64,000 bases of DNA from Alphaproteobacteria bacterium (GTDB lineage Bacteria; Pseudomonadota; Alphaproteobacteria; MPNO01; UBA830): the NCBI GenBank assembly GCA_965243135.1, contig OZ251539.1:4576001-4640000 (forward strand), read 5' to 3'. This document shows positions 1 through 10,359 of this stretch, piece by piece. The position numbers and the translations under genes were made by a program. Each line of letters starts with the position of its first letter. Position 1 is the stretch's first letter. The notes beneath the pieces are model-generated. The model did no database searches. It had not been told where the DNA came from and saw nothing but the letters and a program-made list of their open reading frames with translations.

Positions 1-204
<204 letters not shown>

Positions 205-381
205 AGATCCCGCGTCCATCCCGGCCTTCGGCACGGAGCCGTCCCGCCGGAATCGCGTCGACGAAATGAATTCGGGCCGGCCGCGGGTTGCCCGGAACCG
301 GCGCGCCTTCTATGTTTCCGTCCGTCCATGACCTTGTAAGCCTCCGCCGCCGACAACGGAAACAACCGCAACGCCAAGCCA

Positions 382-1698
382 ATGGACACGATCACGTTAA
401 AGAACTTCCGCTGTTTCCGTGACGAGCAAACCGTTCGTCTGGCTCCCCTGAGCCTCTTGGTTGGCGACAACAGCACCGGAAAGACGTCGTTCCTGGCGAT
501 GATTCGCGCATTGTGGGACGTCGCGTCTTTGCAACGCCCTCCCGATTTCAAGGAGGAGCCATACGATCTCGGAAGCTTTGATGAGATTGCGCATTATCGC
601 GGGAGGAGAGGAGGCCGCCCGTCCGGCTTCGAGATTGGATTTTCTATCAATAGAAAGGACAATCCGTTTATTTTCAATACGCTGTTCGAGAAAATGGGAG
701 TTGTTCCCGTTCCGACAAAAAGACGGATTGCCGATAGCGAATACTGGCTGGAATCCAGTCTGGGAGACGATAAAATATGGCAAGTAAATTTTGGAACGCC
801 AAAGGGGCAGTGGTCTACGATAGCGCCCGACGAAAGCGCAAATCTAGCGAGCGAAGATCATAATTTCATTCCGTTTCATTTCCTGTTGAGGATTATCCGG
901 AGAAATAGATCCAAAATCAAATCGCTAAATGGACCCAATTTTCCGTCTCCGGGAGACTGGAAGAAACTTGAAAACATTTGCAACCGGCAACACCTCTATT
1001 TTCGCGGCAAAAGTCCATACGCTAGCGCGCCGATTCGATCAATGCCTTACAGAACTTATGACCCCGCTCGTCCGTTGCGAGATCCCGAGGGGAATAACAC
1101 GCCAATGTACCTCGCGGATATCTTTTTTCAAGACGAAACATTATGGGGCAACCTTAAGAATGCGCTTGAGGATTTCGGAAAAGCTGCCGGCTTGTTCGAC
1201 GAGATTTCCGTGCGGACTCTCGGCAGGGCGGCAAGCGATCCGTTTCAAATACAGGTCAGAAAATTTGGGGGGAAACTCAAGGGGCCTCAGAGAAACCTGA
1301 TCGACGTAGGTTATGGGGTCAGCCAGATTCTGCCCGTGATAACGGAGCTTCTGAGGGATGACGCTCCTCCGATTTTCCTGCTTCAACAGCCGGAAATTCA
1401 TCTCCATCCGAGCGCCCAAGCGGCGCTCGGAAGCCTCTTTTGCCGGATCGCCAATTCCGAACGCCAATTGGTCGTCGAAACGCACAGCGACCACCTTCTC
1501 GACAGAATTCGCGTGGACATCCGCGATGGCGTGACCGCGCTGAAACCCGAAGACGTCTCCATTCTGTTTTTTGAACGCCAAGGGATAGACGTTCGCATCC
1601 ACTCCTTGACTCTGGATGAACTGGGCAACGTCAATGGCGCCCCGCCCGGTTACCGGCAGTTCTTCATGGATGAAACGCGAAGATCCCTGAAACTTTAA
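382..1698 (+). CDS. ABC-type AAA_21/DUF3696-like ATPase
   Basis: N-terminal LKNFRCF, Walker A GDNSTGKT, signature-like DVGYGVSQILPV, Walker B/D-loop LLQQPEIHLHP, H-loop VETHS; visibly more AT-rich than the flanks. Confidence 0.88.
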   Translation: MDTITLKNFRCFRDEQTVRLAPLSLLVGDNSTGKTSFLAMIRALWDVASLQRPPDFKEEPYDLGSFDEIAHYRGRRGGRPSGFEIGFSINRKDNPFIFNTLFEKMGVVPVPTKRRIADSEYWLESSLGDDKIWQVNFGTPKGQWSTIAPDESANLASEDHNFIPFHFLLRIIRRNRSKIKSLNGPNFPSPGDWKKLENICNRQHLYFRGKSPYASAPIRSMPYRTYDPARPLRDPEGNNTPMYLADIFFQDETLWGNLKNALEDFGKAAGLFDEISVRTLGRAASDPFQIQVRKFGGKLKGPQRNLIDVGYGVSQILPVITELLRDDAPPIFLLQQPEIHLHPSAQAALGSLFCRIANSERQLVVETHSDHLLDRIRVDIRDGVTALKPEDVSILFFERQGIDVRIHSLTLDELGNVNGAPPGYRQFFMDETRRSLKL

Positions 1699-1699
1699 G

Positions 1700-2170
1700 A
1701 TGTGCGCGATTCTCGACACCAGCGTCGTTCACAAGGTTTTCGGAGAGAATCGACCGGAAGCCGGAGAGGCCTTCTTTAACTGGATAAATTCGGAAAAGGG
1801 AAGTCTTGTGGCCGGCGGGAAGCTTCTTGAGGAGCTGGACGGAACGATCGCCTTTCGGGACTGGCGATCGCAAGCGATCCGGGCAGGACGCATCAGGCTT
1901 GTCGAAGATAAGGATGTCGAAGATAAGACGGAGATCTTGACAAGAGAGGAAGCGTGCAGATCCAACGATCAACACGTCATCGCATTGGCGCAGGTCAGCG
2001 GAGCGCGCCTTCTGTACTCGGACGACGGGAATTTGCATGCGGATTTCAAGAATGATCGCCTGATCGGCCATCCTCGGGGCGTAGTCTATTCTACGAAAAG
2101 CAGCGGCAACTTTACCCGTGCACATCGGCGTTTGCTTGGCAGAACGGGCATTTGTCAGAACCGAACGTAG
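1700..2170 (+). CDS. PIN-domain protein (putative ribonuclease)
   Basis: ILDTS, LLEEL, SNDQHVIALA and LLYSDD supply the PIN acidic residues; starts 1 nt after the ATPase stop. Confidence 0.8.
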   Translation: MCAILDTSVVHKVFGENRPEAGEAFFNWINSEKGSLVAGGKLLEELDGTIAFRDWRSQAIRAGRIRLVEDKDVEDKTEILTREEACRSNDQHVIALAQVSGARLLYSDDGNLHADFKNDRLIGHPRGVVYSTKSSGNFTRAHRRLLGRTGICQNRT

Positions 2171-2183
2171 GATTTGTCGATTT

Positions 2184-3107
2184 TCACGGCTTTCCGGATT
2201 CTACCTCCCCCCTCCGCGCACGGGATTCGAACCGCACCAGCAGGGTGGACGCCGCGACGATCAACGCGGCCCCGGCCCAAACCCACACGCCGGGAAACTC
2301 GGCGAACAACGCCCAGCCGACGAGGGCCGCCCAGATCAGCCGGGCGAACACCACCGGCTCGACCGCCGAGATGTCCGCGATCCTGTAGGCGGTCGTCAGC
2401 AATAGATGGCCGCAGCTCGCGAGGCATCCTATCAGCACCAGGATCGCAAGTTGTTCGAGGCTCGGCGTCCGCCAGACGAAGATCGCGGCGACTCCCGACG
2501 GCGCCATCATCGTCAGCGACAGCCAAGCGACGATCGTCGCCGCCTCGTCGGTGCGCGCCAGCGCCTTCGCGATCAGTTTCGAACATGTGACGAATACCAT
2601 CGAAACCAGCACCAGAACGACGCCGAGATCGACTTCCTGAAAACCCGGGCGGACGATGATCAGCGCGCCCCCGAAGCCGATGGCGATGGCGAGCCAGCGC
2701 ACGGGATGCGCCTTCTCGCCGAGAAAGAAAATGGCGCCCAACGCGACGAACAGCGGCCCGGTGAGCGAAAGCGCCGTCGCGTCTCCCAGCGGCACGAGGC
2801 TGAGCGCCGTGAACCAGCACAACAGCGAAGCGCCGTTGAAGACCCCGCGCAGGAGGTGGAGCGGAAGCCGTCTGGAGCGCAAAACCGACAACCGCGACCG
2901 AAGCAGCAGCGGCGCGAAGAACAGAAACCCGAACAACGCCCGGAAAAAGGCGATCTCGAAGGCGTCCAGATCCCGAGACAGAAACCTGACGGATCCGTGC
3001 ATGGAAGCGAAGAACGCGCCCGACGACAAGGCGAGAAGGATCCCGCGGGTCGCGAGAGATACCCGCTCCATCTCCACGACGGCGCGGAGAGGGTTGGTCA
3101 TTCGCAT
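2184..3107 (-). CDS. DMT/EamA family transporter
   Basis: About 10 hydrophobic segments; EIAFFRALFG, FLGEK...RW, GALIIVRPG motifs; start may be 3101. Confidence 0.9.
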   Translation of the reverse strand: MRMTNPLRAVVEMERVSLATRGILLALSSGAFFASMHGSVRFLSRDLDAFEIAFFRALFGFLFFAPLLLRSRLSVLRSRRLPLHLLRGVFNGASLLCWFTALSLVPLGDATALSLTGPLFVALGAIFFLGEKAHPVRWLAIAIGFGGALIIVRPGFQEVDLGVVLVLVSMVFVTCSKLIAKALARTDEAATIVAWLSLTMMAPSGVAAIFVWRTPSLEQLAILVLIGCLASCGHLLLTTAYRIADISAVEPVVFARLIWAALVGWALFAEFPGVWVWAGAALIVAASTLLVRFESRARRGEVESGKP

Positions 3108-3410
3108 CAGGATGCACCCGGACAGGCCGGTCCCCCGTTCGGTCCGAGAATCCGGTCCGCCCCGTGGACATGCGGCCGCGACAGCCCACCGAATTTATGG
3201 CCCGAACCGCCGCCTTCTTCAAGGCATGCGGCGGTTCCCGCGCAGGGCGCGGCCGGAGCCCTTCTTCGCGGCGCGGCGGCCGGCCTCCCTGTCGTCGAGT
3301 CGGCCGCCGGGACTATGGACAATCGTCGGACGATCGGAAAACATCGCGGCCGCGCCATTTTTTGGCGGCCGGCAAGCCCGGCCGCGGCGCCGCTGGACAT
3401 GGAGGAAATC

Positions 3411-4220
3411 GTGCGGCCGAACAAGATCAGATCCGCATGGGACGAAGGGCGGGCCGCCGTGAACGTCTTCCTCGGCATCCCCGACTCGTTCGCGGCCGAA
3501 ATCGTCGCGTCGCTTCCGTGGGACGGCGTCACCGTCGACATGCAGCACGGGGTGGTTGGCTACGACGCCGCCCTTCGGATGATGCAGGGCATTTCGCGGT
3601 ACGAGCCCGCGCCCATGGTCCGGGTTCCCTGGAACGATCCCGCCATCGTCATGAAGTCGCTCGACGCGGGCGCCTACGGCGTGATCTGCCCGATGGTCAA
3701 TACCCGGGAAGAGGCCGAACGCTTCGTCGGAGCCTGCCGCTACGCGCCGGCCGGCTACCGTTCCACCGGACCGGTGCGTGCGGCGTTCTACGCCGGCGCC
3801 GATTACCACAAGCACGCCGACCGGACGATACTCGCCTTCGCGATGATCGAAACCCAGCAGGCAGTCGACAATCTCGACGAAATCTGCGCGGTGCCGGGAC
3901 TCGACGCGCTCTATGTCGGCCCCTCCGACCTGTCGGTTTCGATCGGAGGGCCGCCCGGCGGCGATCAGCGGGCCCCCGCCGTCATGGAGCGAATCGACGC
4001 CATTCTGTCGGCCGCGAAGCGTCACGGAATCCGCGCGGGAATTCACGCCCTCTCCGCGGAATACGCCGGCGAAATGATCGAAAAGGGCTTCGATCTCGTT
4101 ACGCTGTCGGCCGATTACCGCCACATGATGGCGGCCGCCTCGCGGATGCTCGACGACCTGCGCGAGCGGAACGGAGCGCTCGCGGGAACGTCAAACCACG
4201 GAATTCCGGTGACGCCATGA
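3411..4220 (+). CDS. HpcH/HpaI aldolase family protein
   Basis: VDMQHG, KSLDAGAYGVICPMVN, AMIET, YVGPSDL; GGAGG at 3401-3405 precedes the GTG at 3411. Confidence 0.9.
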   Translation: MRPNKIRSAWDEGRAAVNVFLGIPDSFAAEIVASLPWDGVTVDMQHGVVGYDAALRMMQGISRYEPAPMVRVPWNDPAIVMKSLDAGAYGVICPMVNTREEAERFVGACRYAPAGYRSTGPVRAAFYAGADYHKHADRTILAFAMIETQQAVDNLDEICAVPGLDALYVGPSDLSVSIGGPPGGDQRAPAVMERIDAILSAAKRHGIRAGIHALSAEYAGEMIEKGFDLVTLSADYRHMMAAASRMLDDLRERNGALAGTSNHGIPVTP

Positions 4221-5077
4221 ACTACGACCGCGCCCTCGAAGATATCGGCAATGTCGTTGCGCTCGAGCACGTCAACGTCCAGATCCCGGATCAGCGGCTC
4301 TCGACGTTGTTCTACGTCACCGGACTCGGACTGACCCGGGATCCCTATCTCGTGACGGGCGTGACCAACATGTGGGTCAACGCCGGACGCAGCCAGTTCC
4401 ACCTGCCGACCGGAGAGCCGCAGGTGCTCCGCGGACGGATCGGGCTCGTGACGCCCGATCGCGAAGGGTTGCGCCGACGGCTCGAAGCGGTGCGCCGGCC
4501 GCTCGAAGGCACGTCGTTCGATTTCGCCGAATCCGACGGTCGCATCGACGTCACCTGCCCATGGGGCAACCGTTTCCGTTGCCACGAACCGGCCGAGCGT
4601 TTCGGGCGAATGACGCTCGGCATCGCGTACGTGGAGTTCGGGGTGCCGGAGAACGCCGCCGAAGGAATCGGCAGATTCTACGACGAGATCATGGAGGCGC
4701 CTTCGACGCTCGAGGAAACGACGGTCCGGATCCAGGTCGGAAACGGACAGAGCCTCGTATTCCGCGAGACGTCCGGGGAAATCCCGGAATACGACGGCCA
4801 TCACGTGCAGGTCTACGTCGCCGATTTCTCGGGACCGTACGACCGCCTGTCCGAACGCGGCCTGATTTCCGAAGAGAGCAACCGGTACCAGTACCGGTTC
4901 CGGGACATTGCGGATCCCGCCTCCGGCGAGATCCTGTTCGTTCTGGATCACGAGATCCGTTCGATGACCCATCCGCTGTTCGCCCGGCCCTTGGTCAATC
5001 GCAATCCCGACCAGACGAACCGGGCGTTCGGGCCGGAACACGAAACCATGCCCTGGACGTCTCCCGAGCGCTTCTGA
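4217..5077 (+). CDS. VOC/glyoxalase-like hypothetical protein
   Basis: LEHVNVQIPDQ..FY..GLGL, QFHLP, CPWGN, HHVQVYV; ATGA overlap with the aldolase gene. Confidence 0.7.
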   Translation: MNYDRALEDIGNVVALEHVNVQIPDQRLSTLFYVTGLGLTRDPYLVTGVTNMWVNAGRSQFHLPTGEPQVLRGRIGLVTPDREGLRRRLEAVRRPLEGTSFDFAESDGRIDVTCPWGNRFRCHEPAERFGRMTLGIAYVEFGVPENAAEGIGRFYDEIMEAPSTLEETTVRIQVGNGQSLVFRETSGEIPEYDGHHVQVYVADFSGPYDRLSERGLISEESNRYQYRFRDIADPASGEILFVLDHEIRSMTHPLFARPLVNRNPDQTNRAFGPEHETMPWTSPERF

Positions 5078-5097
5078 CCGAGAGCCGACCGGCGGCG

Positions 5098-7422
5098 TCA
5101 GTTCGCCGTCCGCGCGCCGCGCAGCGTTCGCCAGACTTTCTCGGGCGTCGCCGGCATCTCGATCGGCGGAGCCCCGTTGCGGCTCAACGCGTCGTTCACG
5201 GCGTTCATGACGGCCGGCAGCGCACCCACCGTGCCGGCCTCGCCCACGCCTTTCACGCCCAGCGGATTCCGCGCCGTAGGCACCTCGTTGGCCGCGATGT
5301 CGAAGCGGCAGAAATCGTCCGCCCGCGGCATGCAGTAATCCATGAAGGTGCCGGTCGCCGGCTGACCCGAATCGCGATCGTAATGGACGTCCTCCATCAA
5401 GATCTGGGCGGCTCCCTGAACGATCCCGCCATGGACCTGGCCGTCGAACAGCATCGGATTCAGAATGGTTCCCGCGTCGTCGACCGCGGTGTAGCGGACG
5501 AGCTCGATCGCGCCGGTCTCGGCGTCGATCTCGACTTCCGCCATGTGCGCGCCGTTGGGAAAGGTGGGATCGTCGCCGCGTCCCATGCCGAATTCGCCGT
5601 GCTCGTACAACCCCGGTTCGACGCCGGGCGGCAGGGCCGTTTTCTGGAACGCGGCGCGGGCGACCTCGTCGAGAGAGACCGACCGGTCGGTCCCGGAAAC
5701 CGTGAAGCGGCCGTCGGCGCATTCGACGTCCGCGTCCGCCGCTTCCAGCATATGGGCGGCGATGCGCCGACCCTTTTCGACGATCTTGTCCGCCGCGATC
5801 GCGACCGCCGACCCGGCGAATACCGCGCTCCTGGCGTTGAAGGTCCCGACGCCGGTCGCCACCCTGTCCGAATCCCCGAAGACGTATCTGATTTTCCGGT
5901 CGTCGATGCCCAGCCGGCCGGCGAGAATCCGCTTGAATGTCGTGGCGTGCCCCTGCCCGTGATCCATCGCGCCGCAAAGCAGCGTGATGCCGCCCGATGC
6001 GTCGAACCGGACTTCGACGTGTTCGAAGTTCGTGCTCGCGACGCCGGTCACCGTATTCGACGTCCCGACGCCGAGCAGTTTGCCCCGGCGCGCCGCGTCC
6101 GCGCGGCGCCGTTCCGCGGACGAATGCCCGCCCCGTTCGAGGCAGTCCTCGAAATTGCCCGCGAAGTCGCCGCAGTCGTACACGTCGCCCAGACAGGTCC
6201 TGAAAGGCAGGGCGTCCCGGGCGATGGTATTACGGCGCCGGAGTTCGAGGGCGTCCGTTCCCAGCTGCCGCGCCGCGGCGTCGATCATCGTTTCGACGAC
6301 GTAGACGGGCTCCGGTTTGGCGCCGCCGCGATACTGGGCGTTGCCCGCTATGTTGGCGAACGCGCCCGTGACCTTGGCATGGATCGCGGGAATCCCGTAG
6401 ACGCCGGCCAATCCGCCGAGCCCGCTGGTCGCGCAGCGCAGGTTCCGGTCGGTGGTGAAGTAAGCCCCGATGGGAACCTTGGTATGCGCGCGAAGACCGA
6501 GAAAGCGATAGTCGCCGTCGAGCGCCAGTTCGGCGTCGACCAGGCCGCCGCGAGCCTGATCGTCCGTGAGCAGGCATTCGGCCCGCTCCGCTATCCACTT
6601 CACCGGACGGCCCGTGATCTCCGACGCCCAAAGCGAAAGGCTGTATTCTGGATAACAGCCTCCCCTGGTGCCGAAGCCGCCGCCCATGTTGTCGCAGACC
6701 ACGCGCAGACGGGTCTGCGGCATTCCGAAAATCCGTTCCGAGATCAGCTGACGAATGCCGTGCACGGACTGCACGGTTGCCCGCAGCGTGTAACGGTCCT
6801 CGAAGGGATCGTACTCGCCGATGCAGCCGCGGGGCTCCATCGTGTTGCCGGCGACGCGATTCACGCAGACCCGATGGCGAACGACGTGCGCCGCCCGCGC
6901 GAACGCTGCGTCGACCGCGGCGAGGTCTCCGCGCGCGAACGTGAACGCCTCGTTTCCGGGATTGGCTTTCCAGATCGCCGGAGCGTCCGGCGCCAGCGCG
7001 TCGTCCACGGACACGACGGCCGGAAGCGCCTCGAACTCGATTTCGATCAGCTCCGCGGCGTCCTTGGCCTGGTCCACCGTTTCAGCGACGACGAACGCGA
7101 CCGGCTCGCCGACGAACCTGACCCGCTCCCGCGCCAGCAGGGGCTGCGGGCAGACGAAGCCCGGCGAACCGTCGCTGCGCTTGGTCGCGATCTCGGGCGC
7201 GAGGCTGCCGAGTCCCCTTTTCTCCGCGTCCTCGTCCGCAAGCGCCGCAAGCACCCCCGGCGCGCGCCGCGCCGCCCGGAGATCGATCGAAGCGATCCGC
7301 GCATGCGCGACGGGCGATCGGAAAACGACGGCATGCGCCTGTCCGCGCACGGTCACGTCGTCCGCGTAACGTCCCCTGCCGCTGAGAAACCGAAAATCCT
7401 CTTCTCTCATGCCGCTTTCCAT
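5098..7422 (-). CDS. Xanthine dehydrogenase family molybdopterin-binding subunit (CoxL-like)
   Basis: ED.RFLSGRGRYADD, RSPVAHA, MEPRG, GGGFG, HGQGHAT, KGVGEAG, MPATPEKVW; start at 7422 or 7410. Confidence 0.92.
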   Translation of the reverse strand: MESGMREEDFRFLSGRGRYADDVTVRGQAHAVVFRSPVAHARIASIDLRAARRAPGVLAALADEDAEKRGLGSLAPEIATKRSDGSPGFVCPQPLLARERVRFVGEPVAFVVAETVDQAKDAAELIEIEFEALPAVVSVDDALAPDAPAIWKANPGNEAFTFARGDLAAVDAAFARAAHVVRHRVCVNRVAGNTMEPRGCIGEYDPFEDRYTLRATVQSVHGIRQLISERIFGMPQTRLRVVCDNMGGGFGTRGGCYPEYSLSLWASEITGRPVKWIAERAECLLTDDQARGGLVDAELALDGDYRFLGLRAHTKVPIGAYFTTDRNLRCATSGLGGLAGVYGIPAIHAKVTGAFANIAGNAQYRGGAKPEPVYVVETMIDAAARQLGTDALELRRRNTIARDALPFRTCLGDVYDCGDFAGNFEDCLERGGHSSAERRRADAARRGKLLGVGTSNTVTGVASTNFEHVEVRFDASGGITLLCGAMDHGQGHATTFKRILAGRLGIDDRKIRYVFGDSDRVATGVGTFNARSAVFAGSAVAIAADKIVEKGRRIAAHMLEAADADVECADGRFTVSGTDRSVSLDEVARAAFQKTALPPGVEPGLYEHGEFGMGRGDDPTFPNGAHMAEVEIDAETGAIELVRYTAVDDAGTILNPMLFDGQVHGGIVQGAAQILMEDVHYDRDSGQPATGTFMDYCMPRADDFCRFDIAANEVPTARNPLGVKGVGEAGTVGALPAVMNAVNDALSRNGAPPIEMPATPEKVWRTLRGARTAN

Positions 7423-7585
7423 TCCGCCGTCGACAGCGCGCCAGAATATCACGGCGCGCCGCGACGCCCTCCCGGGGGGAGTCCGCGAGAAAGCGTTCCG
7501 GCGCTTCCGTCCATGCGGACGGCGCTTCGCCGAGCGAATCCCGGCCGCCCGCGGGCGGCCGGGACTGCGTTTTCCGGCTCGGCCT

Positions 7586-8098
7586 TCAACGCCGGCCGCG
7601 CCGTTCGACGAGCCTGTCGATGGCCGCCTTCTGGTCCTCGCTGAGGGTTCCGTAGAAGCGCTCGAACGCCGGACGCACTTCCCGAACCACTTCGAGACCG
7701 GCGGTCATCGCCGTTTCGAGCACGGCGAGCTTTCCGGGAGCCGTGGACGGCCTCTCGTCGAGCGCCGCGCAATGCCGGCCGATCGCGTCGCTGCCCTTGC
7801 GGAGCGCCGCGGCGAGGGCGTCCCACGCGGGCTTTTGCTGGTCGTTGAAACTGAAGAATGCCTCGACGAAATCGATGCCTCCCTCAAGCCTCTGCGACCG
7901 CGAGTCGCCGCAAATCCGATGCAGGCCGCGTCCCCGGCGGTGGCCCCAATGGCCGCCTTGAGACGCCGCGGCCGCCGAAATCATTTCGAGCTTGGCGGTG
8001 TTGAGCGCCTGCGAGCCCGCGCCGGTGAAGGCGAAGGCGACTCCGCCGATGCCGATCGCTGCGACGGCTCCGAGCGCAATTTTCCATTTGCGTGTCAT
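7586..8098 (-). CDS. Spy/CpxP-like (LTXXQ) periplasmic protein
   Basis: Signal peptide, FNDQQKPAWDAL and FYGTLSEDQKA repeats; divergent from an OmpR-type two-component system. Confidence 0.8.
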   Translation of the reverse strand: MTRKWKIALGAVAAIGIGGVAFAFTGAGSQALNTAKLEMISAAAASQGGHWGHRRGRGLHRICGDSRSQRLEGGIDFVEAFFSFNDQQKPAWDALAAALRKGSDAIGRHCAALDERPSTAPGKLAVLETAMTAGLEVVREVRPAFERFYGTLSEDQKAAIDRLVERRGRR

Positions 8099-8192
8099 GA
8101 CGATTTTCCCTGTTGTTATGCCGCGACATGCGGCGACATCCGCAATATGGCGCACGAGCGCGCCGCCCGTATTTCGCCGGAGGGGCTTTTCG

Positions 8193-8235
8193 GTAACGTT
8201 CCTTTGCCAGCTGTCGTTCCGTAACGTTTCGTTAC
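8193..8235. promoter_or_regulatory. Putative OmpR/CpxR-family operator
   Basis: GTAACGTT at 8193 and GTAAC-N5-GTTAC at 8221-8235, between the spy-like gene and the response regulator. Confidence 0.4.
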
Positions 8236-8278
8236 CATTTTTCGGGGAACGCCGCCGCGCCGGTCGTATACTGACCCC

Positions 8279-9001
8279 ATGAACGAGCCGAGTCCGCACA
8301 TCCTTATCGTCGACGACGACCGCGAGATCCGCGACCTCACGGCCCGCTTCCTGAGGAAACACGGTTTCCGCGCGTCGATGGCCGCGAACGGTCGGGAAAT
8401 GGATTCGCAGCTTGCCGGCGGGCGCTTCGATCTCATCGTGCTGGACCTGATGATGCCCGGCGAGGACGGACTGTCCATCTGCCGCCGCCTGCGCTCGCGC
8501 GGCGCCACTCCGATCGTCATGTTGACGGCGCTCGGAGAGGAGACCGACCGCATCGTCGGTCTGGAGATGGGAGCCGACGATTACCTGCCGAAGCCGTTCA
8601 ACCCGCGCGAGTTGCTGGCCCGCATCAAGGCGGTATTGCGCCGAAGCGAAGCCCCCGCCCCGGAAACGCCGGCCGGCCGGAGGCTCGCTTTCTCCGGCTT
8701 CGTCCTCGATTTGGCCGCTCGGGAGTTGCGCGACCGGGAGGGTTCGCCGGTCGCGTTGACGGCCGGCGAGTTCGACCTGCTGGCGGCGTTCGCGGAACGG
8801 CCCGGGCGCGTTCTCAACCGCGACCAGTTGCTCGATCTCACGCGCGGCCGGGAGGCGGGTCCGTTCGACCGGTCGGTCGACGTGCAGCTCAGCAGGTTGC
8901 GCCGCAAGATCGAGGCGGATCCAAGCGCTCCGACCCTGATAAAGACGGTGCGCGGCGGCGGCTACGTCTTCGCCGCCGAGATTTCGGCCGCGCCGCCGTG
9001 A
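8279..9001 (+). CDS. OmpR-family response regulator
   Basis: ILIVDDD, LDLMMPGEDG, GADDYLPKPF, DRSVDVQLSRLRRKIE, KTVRGGGY. Confidence 0.95.
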   Translation: MNEPSPHILIVDDDREIRDLTARFLRKHGFRASMAANGREMDSQLAGGRFDLIVLDLMMPGEDGLSICRRLRSRGATPIVMLTALGEETDRIVGLEMGADDYLPKPFNPRELLARIKAVLRRSEAPAPETPAGRRLAFSGFVLDLAARELRDREGSPVALTAGEFDLLAAFAERPGRVLNRDQLLDLTRGREAGPFDRSVDVQLSRLRRKIEADPSAPTLIKTVRGGGYVFAAEISAAPP

Positions 9002-10359
9002 CCGAGCGCCGCCGCTTCTGGCCGGCGGGCATCGCGGGGCGCATCGCCCTGCTGTTCGCCGCGCTGCTGATCGCGTCTCTGTGGGCGAGCGCCGCCTTCT
9101 ACGCGCGAGACCGCGGACAGACGACGATCCGCCTGTTCTCGGAATCGGTGGCGGAGCGCATCGGCGCCGTCGTGCCGCTGCTCGAACGGACGCCCCCCCG
9201 CGAGCGGGCGGCGCTGATCCCCGCGCTCAGCAGTCCGACGCTCTGGATCGGACTGGCGGACCGGCGGCGGATCCCCGGCGGCTGGCGCCGCGACATCGAA
9301 CGCGAGAGAGAGATCGCCGCTTTCCTCCCCGATCTCGGCCGCCGCGTCGAAATCCGCGTCCACCACCGCTGGCAACGCCGCCGCGGCCCCATGCTTCCCC
9401 ACCGGTTTCCCCAGCCGCCCGACCTGTTGAACAGCCGAGTCAAGGTTCTCATTTCCGTCGCTCTCGAAGGAGGAGGCTGGGCGCATTTCGTGGCGTCCAC
9501 CGACACCACCTCCTTGCGGTGGGCGCTGCGCACGGCGTTCTGGACGACCGTCGCTTCGCTGGCGATCTTCGCCGTCGCCTTCTGGGCGGCGCGCCGGATG
9601 ACGCGGCCGCTCCGCCGCTTCGCGGACGCGGCCGAGCGCATCGGCCTGGACGTCCGGTCCCCTCCGCTGCCGGAACAGGGATCGCGCGAACTGCGCAACG
9701 CGACCCGCGCCTTCAACCGGATGCAGGATCGGCTGCGGCGGCTGGTCGACGACCGGACGATGACGCTCGCGGCGATCAGCCACGATCTCCGCACCATGCT
9801 GACGCGGCTCAAGCTGCGGACCGAGTTCATCGACGACGGAGAGCAACGGCGCAAGGCCGTCGCGGATCTCAACGAGATGCAATCGATGCTCGATTCGACC
9901 CTGGCTTTCGCGCGCGACGATGCCGTCGACGAGCCGCGAACGGAGATCGACGTCGCGGCGCTCCTGCGCGATCTTTGCGCGGATTTGGGGGGCGTCGCCT
10001 GCGACGGCCCGGAACGCCTGCCCTACGCGTGCTCGCCGAAGGCGATAAAGCGGGCGCTCCAGAACGTTCTCGACAACGCGATCAAGTACGGCGGGGAAGC
10101 GGAGGCGGCGATCGAGGAGGGCGGGGACGGCGTCTCGATCGCCGTCGCGGACCGCGGCCCGGGCGTTCCGCCCGATCACCGGGAGGACGTCTTCCGGCCC
10201 TTCTACCGCCTCGAATCCTCGCGCAGCCGGGAAACCGGCGGATCGGGGCTCGGCCTCGCGGTCGCCCGGTCGATCGTGCGGCGGCATGGCGGCGATATCG
10301 TTCTGTCCGATCGCCCGGGCGGCGGATTGATCGCGCGCGTCTTTCTGCCGCGTCCGTGA
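8998..10359 (+). CDS. Sensor histidine kinase (HAMP, HisKA, HATPase)
   Basis: Two TM segments, AISHDLRT H-box, NVLDNAIKY, DRGPG, GSGLGL; GTGA overlap with the regulator. Confidence 0.95.
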   Translation: MTERRRFWPAGIAGRIALLFAALLIASLWASAAFYARDRGQTTIRLFSESVAERIGAVVPLLERTPPRERAALIPALSSPTLWIGLADRRRIPGGWRRDIEREREIAAFLPDLGRRVEIRVHHRWQRRRGPMLPHRFPQPPDLLNSRVKVLISVALEGGGWAHFVASTDTTSLRWALRTAFWTTVASLAIFAVAFWAARRMTRPLRRFADAAERIGLDVRSPPLPEQGSRELRNATRAFNRMQDRLRRLVDDRTMTLAAISHDLRTMLTRLKLRTEFIDDGEQRRKAVADLNEMQSMLDSTLAFARDDAVDEPRTEIDVAALLRDLCADLGGVACDGPERLPYACSPKAIKRALQNVLDNAIKYGGEAEAAIEEGGDGVSIAVADRGPGVPPDHREDVFRPFYRLESSRSRETGGSGLGLAVARSIVRRHGGDIVLSDRPGGGLIARVFLPRP

